From Paramecium tetraurelia (taxonomy: Eukaryota), in assembly GCA_000165425.1 (NCBI GenBank), contig CT868046.1, positions 1 through 64,000 on the forward strand: a DNA stretch of 64,000 nucleotides, given 5' to 3'. Under the pieces are notes generated by a model. That model worked only from the letters and a program-made list of their open reading frames with translations. It searched no databases and had not been told where the DNA came from. The translations under genes and the position numbers were made by a program. This document shows positions 40,166 through 53,738 of this stretch, in pieces (the first letter of the stretch is position 1; each line of letters starts with the position of its first letter).

Positions 40166-41505
40166 TCATTAATTTTTTTTTGAAATAATTGTGATAGTTT
40201 CTATTGTACTTTTGTTGTATGTCTAAAATGATAGTAATTCTTCATGTTACATCTATTTTAATAACATAGATATATTACTTCATCAATAAACTATTGGTTA
40301 TTTAGTAACACTCTTGGTAAGGAGTTATCAAATCGAAGGATGAAATACTTCAACAATTGGTAAATCACGTCATTTAAGTCCTCAAAGAAGATTCGTCTAT
40401 CAAATTCTAAATAGATTTCTGATTAGAGTATGAATTATCTGAACAATTTGTTGTACCCCTCTTCATCTGAATGGTAGAAATCACAAATTTCGGATTATGA
40501 TATAGCCATGGTTTCATACTCATCAAATATTTGCAATTATTTGGCAACAACCAGATAAATCAGACCCAAAATAGTCAGCTTTTCATTCTGTTTGTATTGA
40601 TAATCTATCAAACAGACATCAAATAACTGCACCAACTCTCTATATCTGTAATATGCCTCATTTGTTCTCTCCTTAAACATAACACAAGGGTCTTTGTCTA
40701 TAATGAATTCATCCCATAATTTGGTGTAATAATTTAACCAAAATATGGGAGTGTTTGGATACATTCGAAAGTTAAGTGATTTTAATATTACAACCTCCAT
40801 CTACTCAATCTCTTAAATTGTGTATTGGTCTTGGATCAGTCGATGAAAATCCTTTAAGGTTTTGGGATAGATTTCCTCGCATTTGTGAGCTATAAAGATA
40901 GCTGCCACTCCTAAAAGTTGAAATTTGGATATTTGAACATTTGGTTGTCTTAAGAGATACCTTTCCACGTAATTGATTGACAAATAGAAGGTTTCCCTTT
41001 TGAAATGGAATGAATGAGCAACTTCGATAAGCCAATCGAATAAAATTGCCACCATGTGACTTTAAATTTCATTCTAATTATTGAGATAATTTTTTTTATA
41101 ACTATAATTTTCTTCGTATTTTACTTATTCTCTCATAAATTCTGACAAAGTTTCGTACTCATCTTCCTGACTAATTTAATGTTCTAATGAGTTATTGAAT
41201 GTGAAGGAAGTAAAGTCCTTCACAACTTCTTCACATATTAATTTATCATAATCCTACAAATTAGATTATTATAATATCGAAGAACCAAAAGGAATTTCTT
41301 CCTCTAGAATGGGGGATATGTCCTTTTCATTCTTAACCTTTTTTATTGTAGTTTGCCTTTCTAATGGAATTATATAATACCCATATTAGCATGCCGCCTA
41401 TTCAGATTTGAAATTAGCGCTCTCACAACTAGATTTCACTTCTGAATCCTTTGACTTTGACAACTTTTTAGACTTACTTTTCTACTTTTTGGAGTTGTTC
41501 AACAT
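40166..41505 (-). CDS. Cyclin (cyclin E-like box)
   Basis: AILFDWLIEVAHSFHFKRETFYLSINYVERYL, FQLLGVAAIFIAHKCEEIYPK and MEVVILKSLNF..NTPIFWL. Confidence 0.9.
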
Positions 41506-41757
41506 TTATTATTCTCAGTCTCTAGTTTTAGCACTATAAATTATTTTAATTACTATAAGATAAATATAAAAATGTAAGCATATCAATATCGATTCAAATT
41601 TCCTTGTAAATTAGTTCTGAGTAATATATATTTGGTATTATGAAATATTAAAATTAAATATAGAATAATGTGAGATGATAGAATGTTTTACAAAACTTCC
41701 TTTAAACAGTTTTTAATAATAACTCTATATTTTTTATAAGTTTTAACTTAACTAAGA

Positions 41758-43032
41758 ATGTACTATGTTTGTAAGGGATGCGATAATTGCTGTCGTAGCT
41801 GTTGTAGATGTTGCGAAGTAAATAAATTCATATAACTGCAAGGAATGTTGTGGAGAATGTTGCGATGCAATTTCAAATTGTTTTTCTACACCTTTCTCAT
41901 TCTGTACTTTCATTACTTTTTTTGTCTCAATAATTCCATTCATCATAATGGTAGTGTCATTAATACAGAGTTCTGATTTTGATTGTCAAGAAAACATAAA
42001 GACTTTTCTTATAATTTAGGGGATCAATAATTTGGTAAACTTTTTGTTCTGTCTCTACATAACATTTCATTATGGCTATTATGGTAAATATAAAGTGGAA
42101 AACTAAAAAACATTTTGGGAGCAAACAGTGGATCTAATCTTATATGATTGGTTCGTTTGCATATACATATTTGCACTAATCTTCTTTGTAATTTGGCTCA
42201 TAATATGTTTCTCAGCTGCAAATAATGAGGTATTCAAATATAAATAATCAAGCCTGATATCTCCCCTTGTCGACAAGAAAATAATGGGTTCCTAATGACT
42301 GCATTAACAATCAACTTGATCTGCATGATTGTGTACCTAATAGTTGGATTTTTGATTTTTATCATAACTGTCATTTTGTACTCTTGTGATGATGGCAGTT
42401 GTAGTTGCGGAGGCTGTGTAAATAACTCTTTTAATTTGCTAGTTCAGATGTTGTTGTTTAATTATGACCTGTGGATTGTGCGATGTGGGAAAGGACAAGA
42501 AGAAATACTCAAAGGAATACACGGAACAAAAAAAGGCTAAGTACAATGAAGGAAGAAAGGGATGGTTGCAATCTGGAAAGAGATTATTTGGATTTCTCTC
42601 TCTCGGAAGAGCAAATCCTAGAATGAACTAAATGAATACAAACATGGATCAATAATAATAAAATCAATACTATCAACCACCATAACAGTAGCCAAACTAT
42701 CAATAAGCGAGACCTGTTCATCAGGATAGATCAGTATCATATTCTATTTAGTCTAGTTCTTCGATAAATTGTCAGATTGTTTCAAGAGCAATGATAATAA
42801 CAATCCACCTCCACCAAGACCTCAATAATAGCAGTATCAACAACAAGTGTACATCTAGTAACAACCCAACATTCCGTAGACGAACAATTATCAATAGCCA
42901 TATCAACAAGCTTATCAATAACCTTATCAATATTAATAACAGCCATATCAACAATAGCAGTATTCATAGCCACCGTAATACCAACCTAATTATTAATATC
43001 CTTAGCAACAATAAAATGGATGGGGAAAATGA
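41758..43032 (+). CDS. Cys-rich multi-pass membrane protein with Q/P/Y-rich C-terminal tail
   Basis: MYYVCKGCDNCCRSCCRCCE|ECCGECC, about 4 hydrophobic segments and a second Cys cluster. A 25-nt intron at ~42418 joins these to the QQPYQQ-repeat tail ending GWGK*. Confidence 0.7.
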
Positions 43033-43070
43033 TTTATAGATAAGTTTTTCATTTATTATATTTTTAAATT

Positions 43071-43803
43071 ATGAAGGGACTTAATTAAGAATAGAGTGCA
43101 GACTACATTTTTAAGTTCATCTTAATAGGAAATTCAAGCACTGGCAAAACTTCGATATTGTAATACTTCATAAAATAGAATTGTACAATGTTTATCATAA
43201 TTTTGATCAACTTTAATAGCAAGAAAGAAAGTTCAATAAACAGTGGGAATCGAATTCTAATCCAAATTTTTCGTATACAAAAACAAGAACATCAAACTAT
43301 AAATATGGGACACTGCTGGATAAGAGAGATTCCGTTCAATCGCCAGAACTTATTTTAAGAATACCATAGGAGCAATTCTAGTTTATGATGTGACAAGGTA
43401 TGTCCATCAATTCTTCTATTAATAGTTAAGACTCATATGAAGCTTTAGATGATTGGATTAAGGATGCCAGGGAAAATGGGAAGAGCGATCTAGATATTAT
43501 TGTAGTTGGGAATAAAATCGATTTGACAGATTAAAGAGTCGTAGATAAAGATTATGCTGAACGAGATATGAGAAACAAAGATGTTCTTTACGTTGAAACA
43601 AGTGCCATGACTGGAGAAAATGTGGACAAATGTTTCTAATCTTTGATTGATTAGATCTACAATAAAATTGAAAAAGGTATAAAGCACCTCTTAAGATAGG
43701 TCAAATTGAAAAAGATGAATTCAATCCATAATTAAAAAATCCTTTAAAGCAAAATCTAACCACTAAAACTAACCATGTTTAAAGTTAAAGTTGCAATTGC
43801 TGA
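43071..43803 (+). CDS. Rab GTPase (Rab4/14/2-like)
   Basis: YIFKFILIGNSSTGKT, VGIEF, IWDTAGQERFRS, VGNKID, ETSA and a C-terminal CNC prenylation motif. Confidence 0.93.
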
Positions 43804-44123
43804 TTTTCTATAATTATTAGTGTGCATATCAAAAGATATTGTATTCTTTGCATAAATTAATAGTCAATTAGTTTCACAATAGATTCCAATTTGGCTAAAT
43901 TTTATTAATAATTCTTAAGCTTTTTCTTTATTCAAAAAATTAAGTAATTTGATAGTAATTTTATTCTAAATTAAAGAATCATTACAAAATTTTATTGTTT
44001 AATTGCTGAAATGCATTCTCCCAACATTACAATACCGTTGGAACCTACTCCTATGATTTTCATTCTTTTTATAAACATAAGTCATATTAGGTCATCAAAA
44101 CAAAAATATTATTAAATACAATA

Positions 44124-44964
44124 ATGAATAAAATAACCATTGAAACCCAATAGACAAGATCTGCTTTAAAAGTCAAACAACCCATCTTTATTGAGTAATA
44201 AGAGGCAAAATCCTGTCGAATTTGTCTTGAAACTGAACTGGATAACGATAAACCAATTATTCAACCTTGCAAATGCAAGGGTTCTCTTGGATAAGTTCAC
44301 GAAGAGGTAAGACTCTATATTTACAATGAGTGTCTCAAAACCTGGATAGTTACATAAAACAAATAGATATTTACTTGTTGTGAAATCTGCAAGATCGAAT
44401 ATTCAATTGAATTTACCTCACGTAAAGTTTGTCTTCCTGTATCAATATGATTGTATTTAGAGAGAAAAGCATGTAAATCAAATTTGGAAAATATGATTGC
44501 ACTAATTTGTCTTCTCTTTATATTTCTAGGCTTTACAGCTCTCCAGGCTTTTTTGGTTGTTCAAATGTAATCTATATATATGTAAATTTAGTGTCAATAT
44601 TTTTGATGGAAATGATAATAATAATCAACAATCTAGTTTTTTGAGTAGTCCTATTACTATGATTGGTATCCCTATTATATATCAATATTTAGGCTTCGCA
44701 GTAATAGTCTTTCTGTTTTTAGTTCCCATTTTTATGTGTCTTCTCTACGTCATAAAAAAAATGCTCTTCGTAACTAAGATAAAATCTTGGCACATTCTAG
44801 AGAGAGTTCAAACTCTCCCGGCAGAATTATAAGAACAGATGCCTCAGCATACCCTATCGAGAAATGCATCTCAATTGTTGTAATAATTGCCTAAATTAAA
44901 TTAAACTACTTCCATTCTCATCTAAGGAAATGGTTAGGATTACGAGCATGTTTAATTTATTTGA
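44124..44964 (+). CDS. RING-CH (MARCH-type) membrane E3 ligase
   Basis: CRICLE..PCKCKGSLGQVHEE|CLKTW..CEICK followed by TM segments. Confidence 0.88.
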
Positions 44965-45312
44965 TATATCTATTATATATATGTATTAAAAAACCATTAT
45001 TCAATACTAATTTATTAAATTTAAAACAATTCTCCCATCAAATAAAATATCAATATAAATTTATTTGTTATCAAAAGTACTTAAATCAATTTATAAACTG
45101 GACGTTCCCTTAAGTGATTTAATTTATTTATATGGAATTTATGCTATTCTTGCTTCTAATTATTTTCACTAAATTGAAATCTTTTAAAAAGAATTCAATT
45201 CGCTCTTGTTATTTTATTTATTTCAATTAATTCCTATTTTGAATTGTAAATTTAGAGACACTTAATAGAAGTTTAATTATGTATTTTTAGATGAAATAAA
45301 ATAAATGAATAA

Positions 45313-45750
45313 TCAATATCCATTTACTCTAGCAGTAGATGGAATGCTTTATGAATAAATTGGCTATGTTCTTTACTTAATAAGAAAAGTGGGTGATTTC
45401 TGCCTTTCTCTTATTTCCTATAATGCTTTGACTCGACAGAATTTGTTTGGACTCTTTAATCTGATGTGGAATTTCTCCTTTTTTAAAGCATTTTCAACTA
45501 AATCGTTAACTTATAATGAGGAGTATGATCTAATGGTTATTTATCTAATGTTTGCCTTTTCCTTATCCCTAGATTAAGCTTTTTCTCTAGGACTGGTAAC
45601 TTGCTTTTTTTATTATATAATGAGTTCCTCATTGAGTTAAATAATTTTATTGGTTGAAATTTGCTCCTACTGCTTTTAATGAAAGAGGTGAGAAATGAAG
45701 GTCAAACCACCTTGATAGGGTGGTTAATTTTTTTTTGTTAAAAAATACAT
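45313..45750 (-). CDS. Hypothetical basic protein (may extend 3' via an intron)
   Basis: Open code-6 frame MYFLTKKNQPPYQGGLTF..SIPSTARVNGY*. Confidence 0.45.
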
Positions 45751-45879
45751 TAATTAAATTGGGATAGTTTTCAGAGATACAAAAAGTATTATCTTTTGAT
45801 CTCTCTTCAAATCAGATGCAATAACAATGCTAAGGGATTAAATTTGATATGTATAAAAAATAAAATAGCTTAATTAACA

Positions 45880-47241
45880 TGAAGTAGGTAAATATAATAT
45901 TTTTTTATGATCCACCTGCAACTGCCAATTCATATGTAGCACGATAAGTAGCTAAATAAAACTGGATATGTTATTTTAATTTAGAGGAATTCTATTATAA
46001 GTGAAGGCTTAAAGTGAAATTGATAAATTGAATAAGCTAATGTTAATATTTTAGTAAGAACCTAAAAATTAAATTGTTGATGGTTTTCTTAATGAAAAGT
46101 CATAAGCAGTAGTATTCTTTGAAAATTACTGAAAACCCAGATTTGTGGTTTATTTCTAATCCAGTAAAGATGAGGTTGAATAAAGCATAATATTATTGAG
46201 TACTGAGGAACAAAAGAGATGTCGTTTTTCTAAATTTACTAATTTTGTCCAAAATCGTGATGAATTATTAGTTTATTTAAAGTAGTTTCAATACTTTGTA
46301 ACTGTCGATGCTCTCTACATAGGGATGTCTAACAATTTTTATTAATCCACAGATCTAATTATTGAGGCTATTATGACTCAATTGAGACCAAAAGTCTTTG
46401 TAGCATTAACATATAATAACGAGGAACTTGCAGAAATCTATTTAAATAAATTAGAAACTTAGTTAGAATATATACACTTGCATTTAGAAACTTTATGCGA
46501 GAACGAATTAGCAAAAAGAACTCAATTGGGAAAGGAAATGGGAGCATTCTTAAATTCAGGCAAGCAGTACCACCTTAAATGCAAATAGATTGTTAAGATA
46601 TTATTATATCAAGATCCAAAATAAAATAAATTTGTTTTAACAAGTTTACAGAGAAATACTAAGAATTTAGAATTTTTGAAGATAAATTATATCCAATTAC
46701 AGGTTTGATTAATTTCTTGAAAGAAGGAGAGGGATACATTTGAGCAGATTAGACAGGAAAAAAAGGATTATTAGAACAAATCTTCCCCAGAGCCATAGAT
46801 GAAATAGCGATTGTTGAAAAGAGTTTAGGATAAAAAAATTAAAGTTCTCTATGCCATTACAGAATAACAATTAAATTCTGAAATAAGCGATCCTGAATGG
46901 ATTCTACAAAAGCCAGAAGTTTCTCCTCCAAAATAAGAAGGAGATGGTGGTGATAAGGAACCAAAAGAAGGGAGAAATGCAGATGGTGAAGAGAGTGCTC
47001 CGAAATTGATATCTATAATTTTTAATGGACAAAGAATGAAACTTCTAAATATATGGCTTAAATATTTATGAGAGTCAAATAGCCCAATCCAGTAAATTTA
47101 ATTAAATATTTTAAGTATAACTGGAAGTGACTTATTATAGTTTTAAGTTAATTTACGATAACTTTGATGAGATCTATTAGAAAATTTAAGAAAACTCTAA
47201 ATAAACTTACTATGCATAAATTTAGCTACAGCAACCCATGA
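45880..47241 (+). pseudogene. Decayed adenylate-kinase-like gene
   Basis: IVDGFLNEKSQAVVFFENY*KPRFVVYF (in-frame TGA at 46130), NKFVLTSLQRN and an acidic G/E-rich stretch, with several frame breaks. Confidence 0.3.
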
Positions 47242-47488
47242 TCGATTGATATAATATTGAAATAAAATTTTACTTAATTTTGAAATATATGATATATTCA
47301 AATGGTTAGTAAAACTTTCAATAGAGATGGTAAATTGTAATTTATTGAATTGTTATATCTGATTAATTTGCGAAAAGAGACGACTCTATTTCTCATTAAA
47401 TCACAATTTTACAGTATCTCTTTAAAGACAAATTGATCTATATATTATGTAACTTTATTAATATATTAATATTATTAATACTCAAATA

Positions 47489-48802
47489 TCATTTAAGTCT
47501 TTCTTGAACTTCGTTTTCGAATATTTCTTCTAAGGTCAGAGACTAAATGTAAATATTAGATTTCTCATTAACACTACTATTTTTTAGAATATTAATCAAT
47601 AGATAACTCATGAGAGTTACACTACCATCAGTAGAATAAGAATTAAATTTCTAATCTATTTCTTACATCTTGAGTAATTCAGAATCCTAAAAATACTTCT
47701 TATTCATTTCAATTAGTTTATTCAATTAAGTGATGACTTGATTTTTAAGTTAATGGTAATTAGGATCATTAATGAATAATTCCTCTTAGCCTTTAAATTA
47801 AGTTGGTAATAAAGTCAAGATGATTTATTATTTTAATTGTTTGGAGACTAAAATCATCTTTTAAATTATCAATTTATCTAATTCTTTTTAGACATTGGGA
47901 TCTTTGTTAGGAAAGTAAAACGACAAATGATAAGCAAAACTAAGTAGTTGGATTTCAACATAATGTTAATAGAAACATCTCAAGATTGGAGAATCCTCTA
48001 AATAAAAGCAAAATATCCTTGGATTCAAGTTGGGTTTGCTTTAATACAGTGAATAATCCCTCAAAAATGAGTTCTTTCTAAACTTCAATATAGTTTTTAA
48101 TTATATTTTTTAGTAGAAATTGCAGATTGTTTATATTTAAGTAGAAGGCAGGTTTAGTTTAGGGTATTAGAAGATTTAAACTAAGGAGATTCGATTATTT
48201 TAGTAAATTTAAAGCATTTTCGAAAGCAATTAATATAGTTCTTCATCTACACCTGCTTCATTTCTCTAGAAATTAAAAGTTAGTTTTATTTCATTTATAT
48301 TATCGCTTTATTGTAGTTCTTCATATATTGAATTTCCCTTTATAATTCTCCACATAATGGCTCCTATTAACCAAAGATCAGTTTCGTAAGTCGAGAATTT
48401 CAATACTTTATTTTCTGGAGCACAATTGAGACGATCTGCATAATCAAAAGTTCTGTAAATTAAATTATTATTAATAACTCTAATCTCCTCATATTTTATG
48501 CTTCTACCAATAAATCCAAGTTAGTGTATCTACGATATTCCAACGAGCAATTAGGACAATATATTCCAGTAGTCAACATTCTTTTGTTTTAACAACCATT
48601 TTTCTAAGGATTCAGCATTGTCCTCCTCTGTCTAATATTTCAGATTCTGCTCTTTCATGCCAAAATAGGTTAAATTTCTTATATGGGATTTGTTTTGCGG
48701 AATACACTTTGATAGTACTAGCTTTTCCTTAGATAAAAATTTCTCCTAGATAATGGTTTGAGTCTCATCTAATGGTCCTGAATTCAATATTCTTTAGGCC
48801 AT
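47489..48802 (-). CDS. Pseudokinase (437 aa)
   Basis: ILSQLLVGISQIHQLGFIGRSIKYEEI (HRD->GRS), RTFDYA (DFG lost), CAPE and TDLWLIG. Confidence 0.7.
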
Positions 48803-49101
48803 ATATTATATATAATTAATTTAAATAAAACTCTATTATCAACTCTATTTGCCTTTTGGAAATATGCATATTGAACTTGTTTAGAAATATTGACATTAAA
48901 ATCATTTATTTATTATTTCATTAAGAAGTGTGTATTAATTTTAAAATTAGTTTTAAAATGAGTAGAGCTTAAAGAAGATTTTTTAATTAGCTTAAATGAA
49001 AATATTAAATAGATAAAAAATATAGTGTTGGTTCTGCATTTGAAATATTACATATATTTTAAATATGGAAACATCCATAAAAATGTTCAAAAATTTGTAT
49101 T

Positions 49102-50683
49102 TCATTTTTTACGGACTATGCATTCTTCTAAATTTGTCTAAAACTCTTAAAATGTGATCTCTCCATCTTTATTTATGTCAAAGTAATCAAAAACTGTTTT
49201 TGTTTCATCTTCTGTAATATTTGGTTCAATCCTCTTCAACATCATTCCCATTTCTTTGATATCTAATCTCAAATCTGCAGATTTGTCAAACTATGATAAT
49301 AATATAATGGAAGTATAACCTTTTTAAATAAATCAATTAATTGGATGTTGTATTTAATAATAGAGAGCTTTAACTTTTCGATTACATAATTTGCCCTTTC
49401 TTCGACATTATTTTTTTATAATAAGGATTGTTTCTTTTACTTATCTCTGTTTTGTTACTCTTAATCAACATGAATAGAATTGTCTTCCAACCATTTCTTA
49501 AACTCTTCGAATTCTATTGAATTACTTCCATCCTCATCAAATTTATTAAATATATATTCTATTTCATCTCTTTGTATATCTTTGTCAACTCTAGTTAAAA
49601 ATCGACCCAATTCATTTACATCCAATGCCTTATCCTTAGACATATCCAATTCAGCGAATAATTAAGTTAAGTCTAATTTGTCTTTAATAATCATCAACCT
49701 TATATCATTTATTAAATATTAGGCTTTATCTTCAAGCTTGGAATTGCCTTTTATGAAATCAGTAAAGTATTAGGCAACAGCAGGATGCTTGTAGATTTCA
49801 TCCCAAGAGAAACGCTTTGATTCATCTGGTTAGAGACACCCAATGATCAAATCCAAGGTTTCTTGAGAGACTGGTATTTTGTCAGTTGGAAATTTTAATG
49901 GTTAGCTTCTTATGTTCTTCAGTAATTCAGCAGGAGATCGAGCAGTCCAAGGAGCTTAGGATGATAAGGAAAGGTTACTCTTGCCGAATAATGCTTCATA
50001 GAAGATGAACCCTATACTCCAGACATCAGTTTTAGAGTTGTATCTTTTATGATCCAGTATTTGCGGACTCATATACAAGGGCGTTCCAACCATAGATGAC
50101 ATCATGTCCTTTTTAAAATTATCAACACATTTGGCGAATCCAAAATCAGCCAATTTAAATGTCTATGGGAATTAAATAATTTTATAAGAATACAGCCTTG
50201 TCAATTAAAATATTGGCGGGTTTGAGATCCCTATGTGTAATTCCATTCTTAATTAATTAAGTGAAACCATTTAAAACATCAACCAAAAATTTGATCGCCT
50301 CCTTTTCACTGAGGATTTTTCGCTTCTTGAGCAATCTTTTAATAGTGAACATCTATAAATACTCATCGAAATCGCCTCCATCGCAAAACTCTTATACAAT
50401 ATAATAGTTATTTGAAGTTTCCATTACATCTAAGAGTTAGACTATATTTGGACTCTTGAGCTTTTACATTATTTTGATTTCTTAGATCAACCCCTCTCTC
50501 AAATAATCATCCCTGTCTATTTACTCTCAAATTGTACGCATTTATCACAGATTTACTCAACATTTTGATAGCCACCTTCTCTCCTGTTTTCTCGTTGACT
50601 CCTTTATAAACAGTGGCATAAGATCCTTCTCCAGCCTTATTCTTCACATTGAACACGTATTTGTCTATTTTCTTCTCTCCCAT
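49102..50683 (-). CDS. Ser/Thr kinase with C-terminal EF-hands (Ca2+-binding kinase)
   Basis: GEGSYATV, VAIK, HRDLKPAN, DFG and GTPLYMSPQ; EF loops DMSKDKALDVNE, DEDGSNSIEFEE, DKSADLRLDIKE and DINKDGEITFQE. Confidence 0.92.
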
Positions 50684-50740
50684 TTTATTAAAATATATTT
50701 TAAATATAATCGTTTAAGATTAATTGATAAATTATAAGAA

Positions 50741-52800
50741 ATGATATAACAATGGTTAATGTGTTATAGCTGATCTTATTCCATCAAATACACGAAGTAA
50801 CACTATTATGAAATCCTGTATAAATATTAAATAATTAATTAAAGTTAAATAACCCAATGAACAAGGTGACAGTAGCTTACATTTGCATTGGTTGCATAAC
50901 CTTATCAGTGATGGCATGCCTTCTAATTTGTATTTTAGGGATAGTTTCCCCAATTTATAGAAAATATCCTTCCAAGTGTTATTTTTCATAATATTTTAGA
51001 ATCATAGTCTGGATCTCTTGCTTATATATATTACTAGGCGTATTTCTCTATATTGATCAAACCATCGTTATCATTTACGGCAATAACCCTTACAATCACT
51101 CAAAATTCAATAAAATACAAATGTTAACCTCATCCCTAATAGGAATTACTATCACTCTAATCTCAAATTAATTTATCCTATTTTTGAATGAAGTAAAAAT
51201 TTGTATTTACAACCCATTTTAAGCTACCTCCTCCTCCGTTTTCATATTTTTATTATTATTACAATGTCTACTAACTATGGTAATGATAGTTATACCTCTA
51301 CTATTATTGTAGGAACTTCATCATTCTAACACCAACGCAATTAACACACTAAATGATATGGCATCCTACATTAATTTTGTTAGTTGTTTGATTTGCACTC
51401 TCTTCTACATCGCCATATGGATAATTTTGAATAAAAATAAGACACTATAAAGTAGGAGACTTTACGAATTTAAGTCTGATTTTGTCAAACAACAATTCTA
51501 TTGGATATCTGCAATTTTGGCGATTAATATAATTACCTCGTTTGACAATTACAACCTGACTAAGGCTTATGAATAATTGGTCTTAAAAATTGCCTTGAGT
51601 CTAGAAGGTCTATTCTTTGCTATTTTTCATCTAATCCAACCGTACTCCTATCACAAACTCTTATCGGTGTTCTTTAGATCCTTTCAGGACCAGTCCTACA
51701 TCCAAGATATTGAAAATATTGAATATGGATTAAATACTGATATTCATAATCGACTGATCCCTACGTATGAGAAACTACTCAAAACCTAAATCAATGAACT
51801 TGTCAAGGGATTGGTTAAAGCTGTCTTTGCTAGTCTGATTATGCAATTTGATCATCATTTGAAGGAAAGGGAGATCAAAAGAACTTACACATTTAAATTT
51901 CACTTATCTGAATTAAATGAGAGCAGAATTTCTTTAAATGAAGAAGACGACGTCAAAGATTCAATCATTTTAGTTAATACATACTATCCAAATGGTTTTA
52001 CTTCTCTTTTGAAATTGAATAATTTTAATAAGAGTATCTTAGAATACACTTTGGAATTGTAATACAATTACAAGGCTTTTGAATAGGCAAAGGAATCCAT
52101 GGGCAGAAGTGGGGCATTTTTCTTTTATAGTCAAAATCATAAACTCATTCTCAAAACAGTGGAAAAGTCAGAGATTAAAGATTTTTTAGATGGACGAATT
52201 GGTCCATATTTTGATCACATCAATTATCATAACAAATCACTAATTGCTAAGATTTATGGAATCTTTAAAATTAAACTGATGGCCTATAAAACGTAATATT
52301 TAGTATTAATGGAGAATTCATTTGAATAAATGTAAAATTTGGAACATGAATACGAGATATATGACTTAAAAGGTTCAACTATCAATAGAACCTCAAGATC
52401 CGATGAAAGAGTAAAGAAGGATAATAATTTTAAACAATCTACTCGCAATCCTATAAGCTTGCCCAAAGAGATTTCTAATGAAATAAAGAAATAATTTATG
52501 GATGATTGCAGATTTCTTAGGGATATTGGATATATGGATTATTCATTGCTATTGGGAATTTGTCTTGAAAAACCATAATAAATCAATAACAATGATTATC
52601 GACTTGTCACCAATGGAGCCCAAAACACAATATATTCATTTTCCATAATTGATTATTTATAAAGATTCAATTACTACAAAAAAAGTGAATAATGTTTCAA
52701 AAGGAGCATTCAATTCAAAAAGAAGAAAGATTTATCTTGTCGAAGTCCAGAACCTTATTGCCAAAGATTTCTAAACTTTATTGATTCAATAATTGTTTGA
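50741..52800 (+). CDS. GPCR-like multi-TM domain fused to a phosphatidylinositol-phosphate kinase (GPCR-PIPK)
   Basis: N-terminal TM helices (YICIGCITLSVMACLLICILG..YRKYPSKIIVWISC) precede, in one spliced frame, the PIP5K motifs GRSGAFFF, LKT, IAKIYG, LMEN, YDLKGS, MDYSLLLG and IIDYLQ. Confidence 0.85.
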
Positions 52801-53066
52801 TTTATTTAACTAATAATAGAATACTAAAATTCTCAATTCAATTTTTGGAATTACGAAGAAAACTTCATTGAATTTAGTAGTAATATTCTTTATTATAATA
52901 ATGTAATCATTCTTGGATTGTATTTTAAAACTTTTCCAAGAACTTATAATATAATATAACTGAATAATAGTTATAGTATATATATTTATTGTTTAATATC
53001 TATTAGATTATTAAAAATAAATAAAATAAAATAATAATAATTATTATATTTTTAATCTTAACTTGA

Positions 53067-53697
53067 ATGTCAAAAGCGAGTTTTAATTTGCAAAAAAAAA
53101 AATATTTGCTCACATCTTTGTTAGAACCAGAATAAATTGATGTAAAATCTGATTTCATTAATTTTCTTTAGATTCTCAATAAAACCAGAAGTCATTCGTA
53201 TAATATTTTTCATAGTAAATGAATATTCATAATTATAGAATTAACACCAAATCAGGAACTTCGATAGGGTATTTAGTGATTAAATCCTATTAGGACCAAT
53301 ATTTGATAAGCATGGAGTGATTGAAAGATCAATAGTTGGAAAACCTGATATATTTTATAAAGTAAAAGAATAGCAGAGGGCTGGGATTAAGTTTGTTAAT
53401 CAAACAAACATTAGTAACACCACTATGAAATTTGTAAGAAGAATAAGTTCAAGGAAATCTACGAATTTATCAAATAAATAATAGTAATAATAATAATAAT
53501 AATAATAACACTCTGAGCATTCTCAAAGGAATGAATAAACTAAAAGGAACAAAGATTTTGATTTAGTATCGAAATAAGATCTAATAAAGTTATGTCGTTT
53601 GATTGAAGTAAATGAGTACTTATTATTAGAGTAGGGTTAATTAAAATAAGGAATCTTCAGATTAAATAGTAAGAAAACAATCCTAATAAAAAATTGA
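53067..53697 (+). CDS. Hypothetical protein with polyQ tract
   Basis: Spliced code-6 frame; the (TAA)n run at ~53474-53508 encodes polyQ; TGA at 53695. Confidence 0.5.
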
Positions 53698-53738
53698 ATA
53701 ATTGAAGTTAATCTAACAAAATAAAGTATTAAATAAGT

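Noticed and set aside
42772..43039. Three overlapping ORFs in the track and short repeat units (CRISPR-like or antisense genes)
   Set aside because: They are alternative frames of the QQPYQQ low-complexity tail of 41758-43032; there is no repeat-spacer structure.
53474..53508. (TAA)n run resembling a microsatellite or retroelement tail
   Set aside because: It is in frame within a gene and encodes polyglutamine in the ciliate code.
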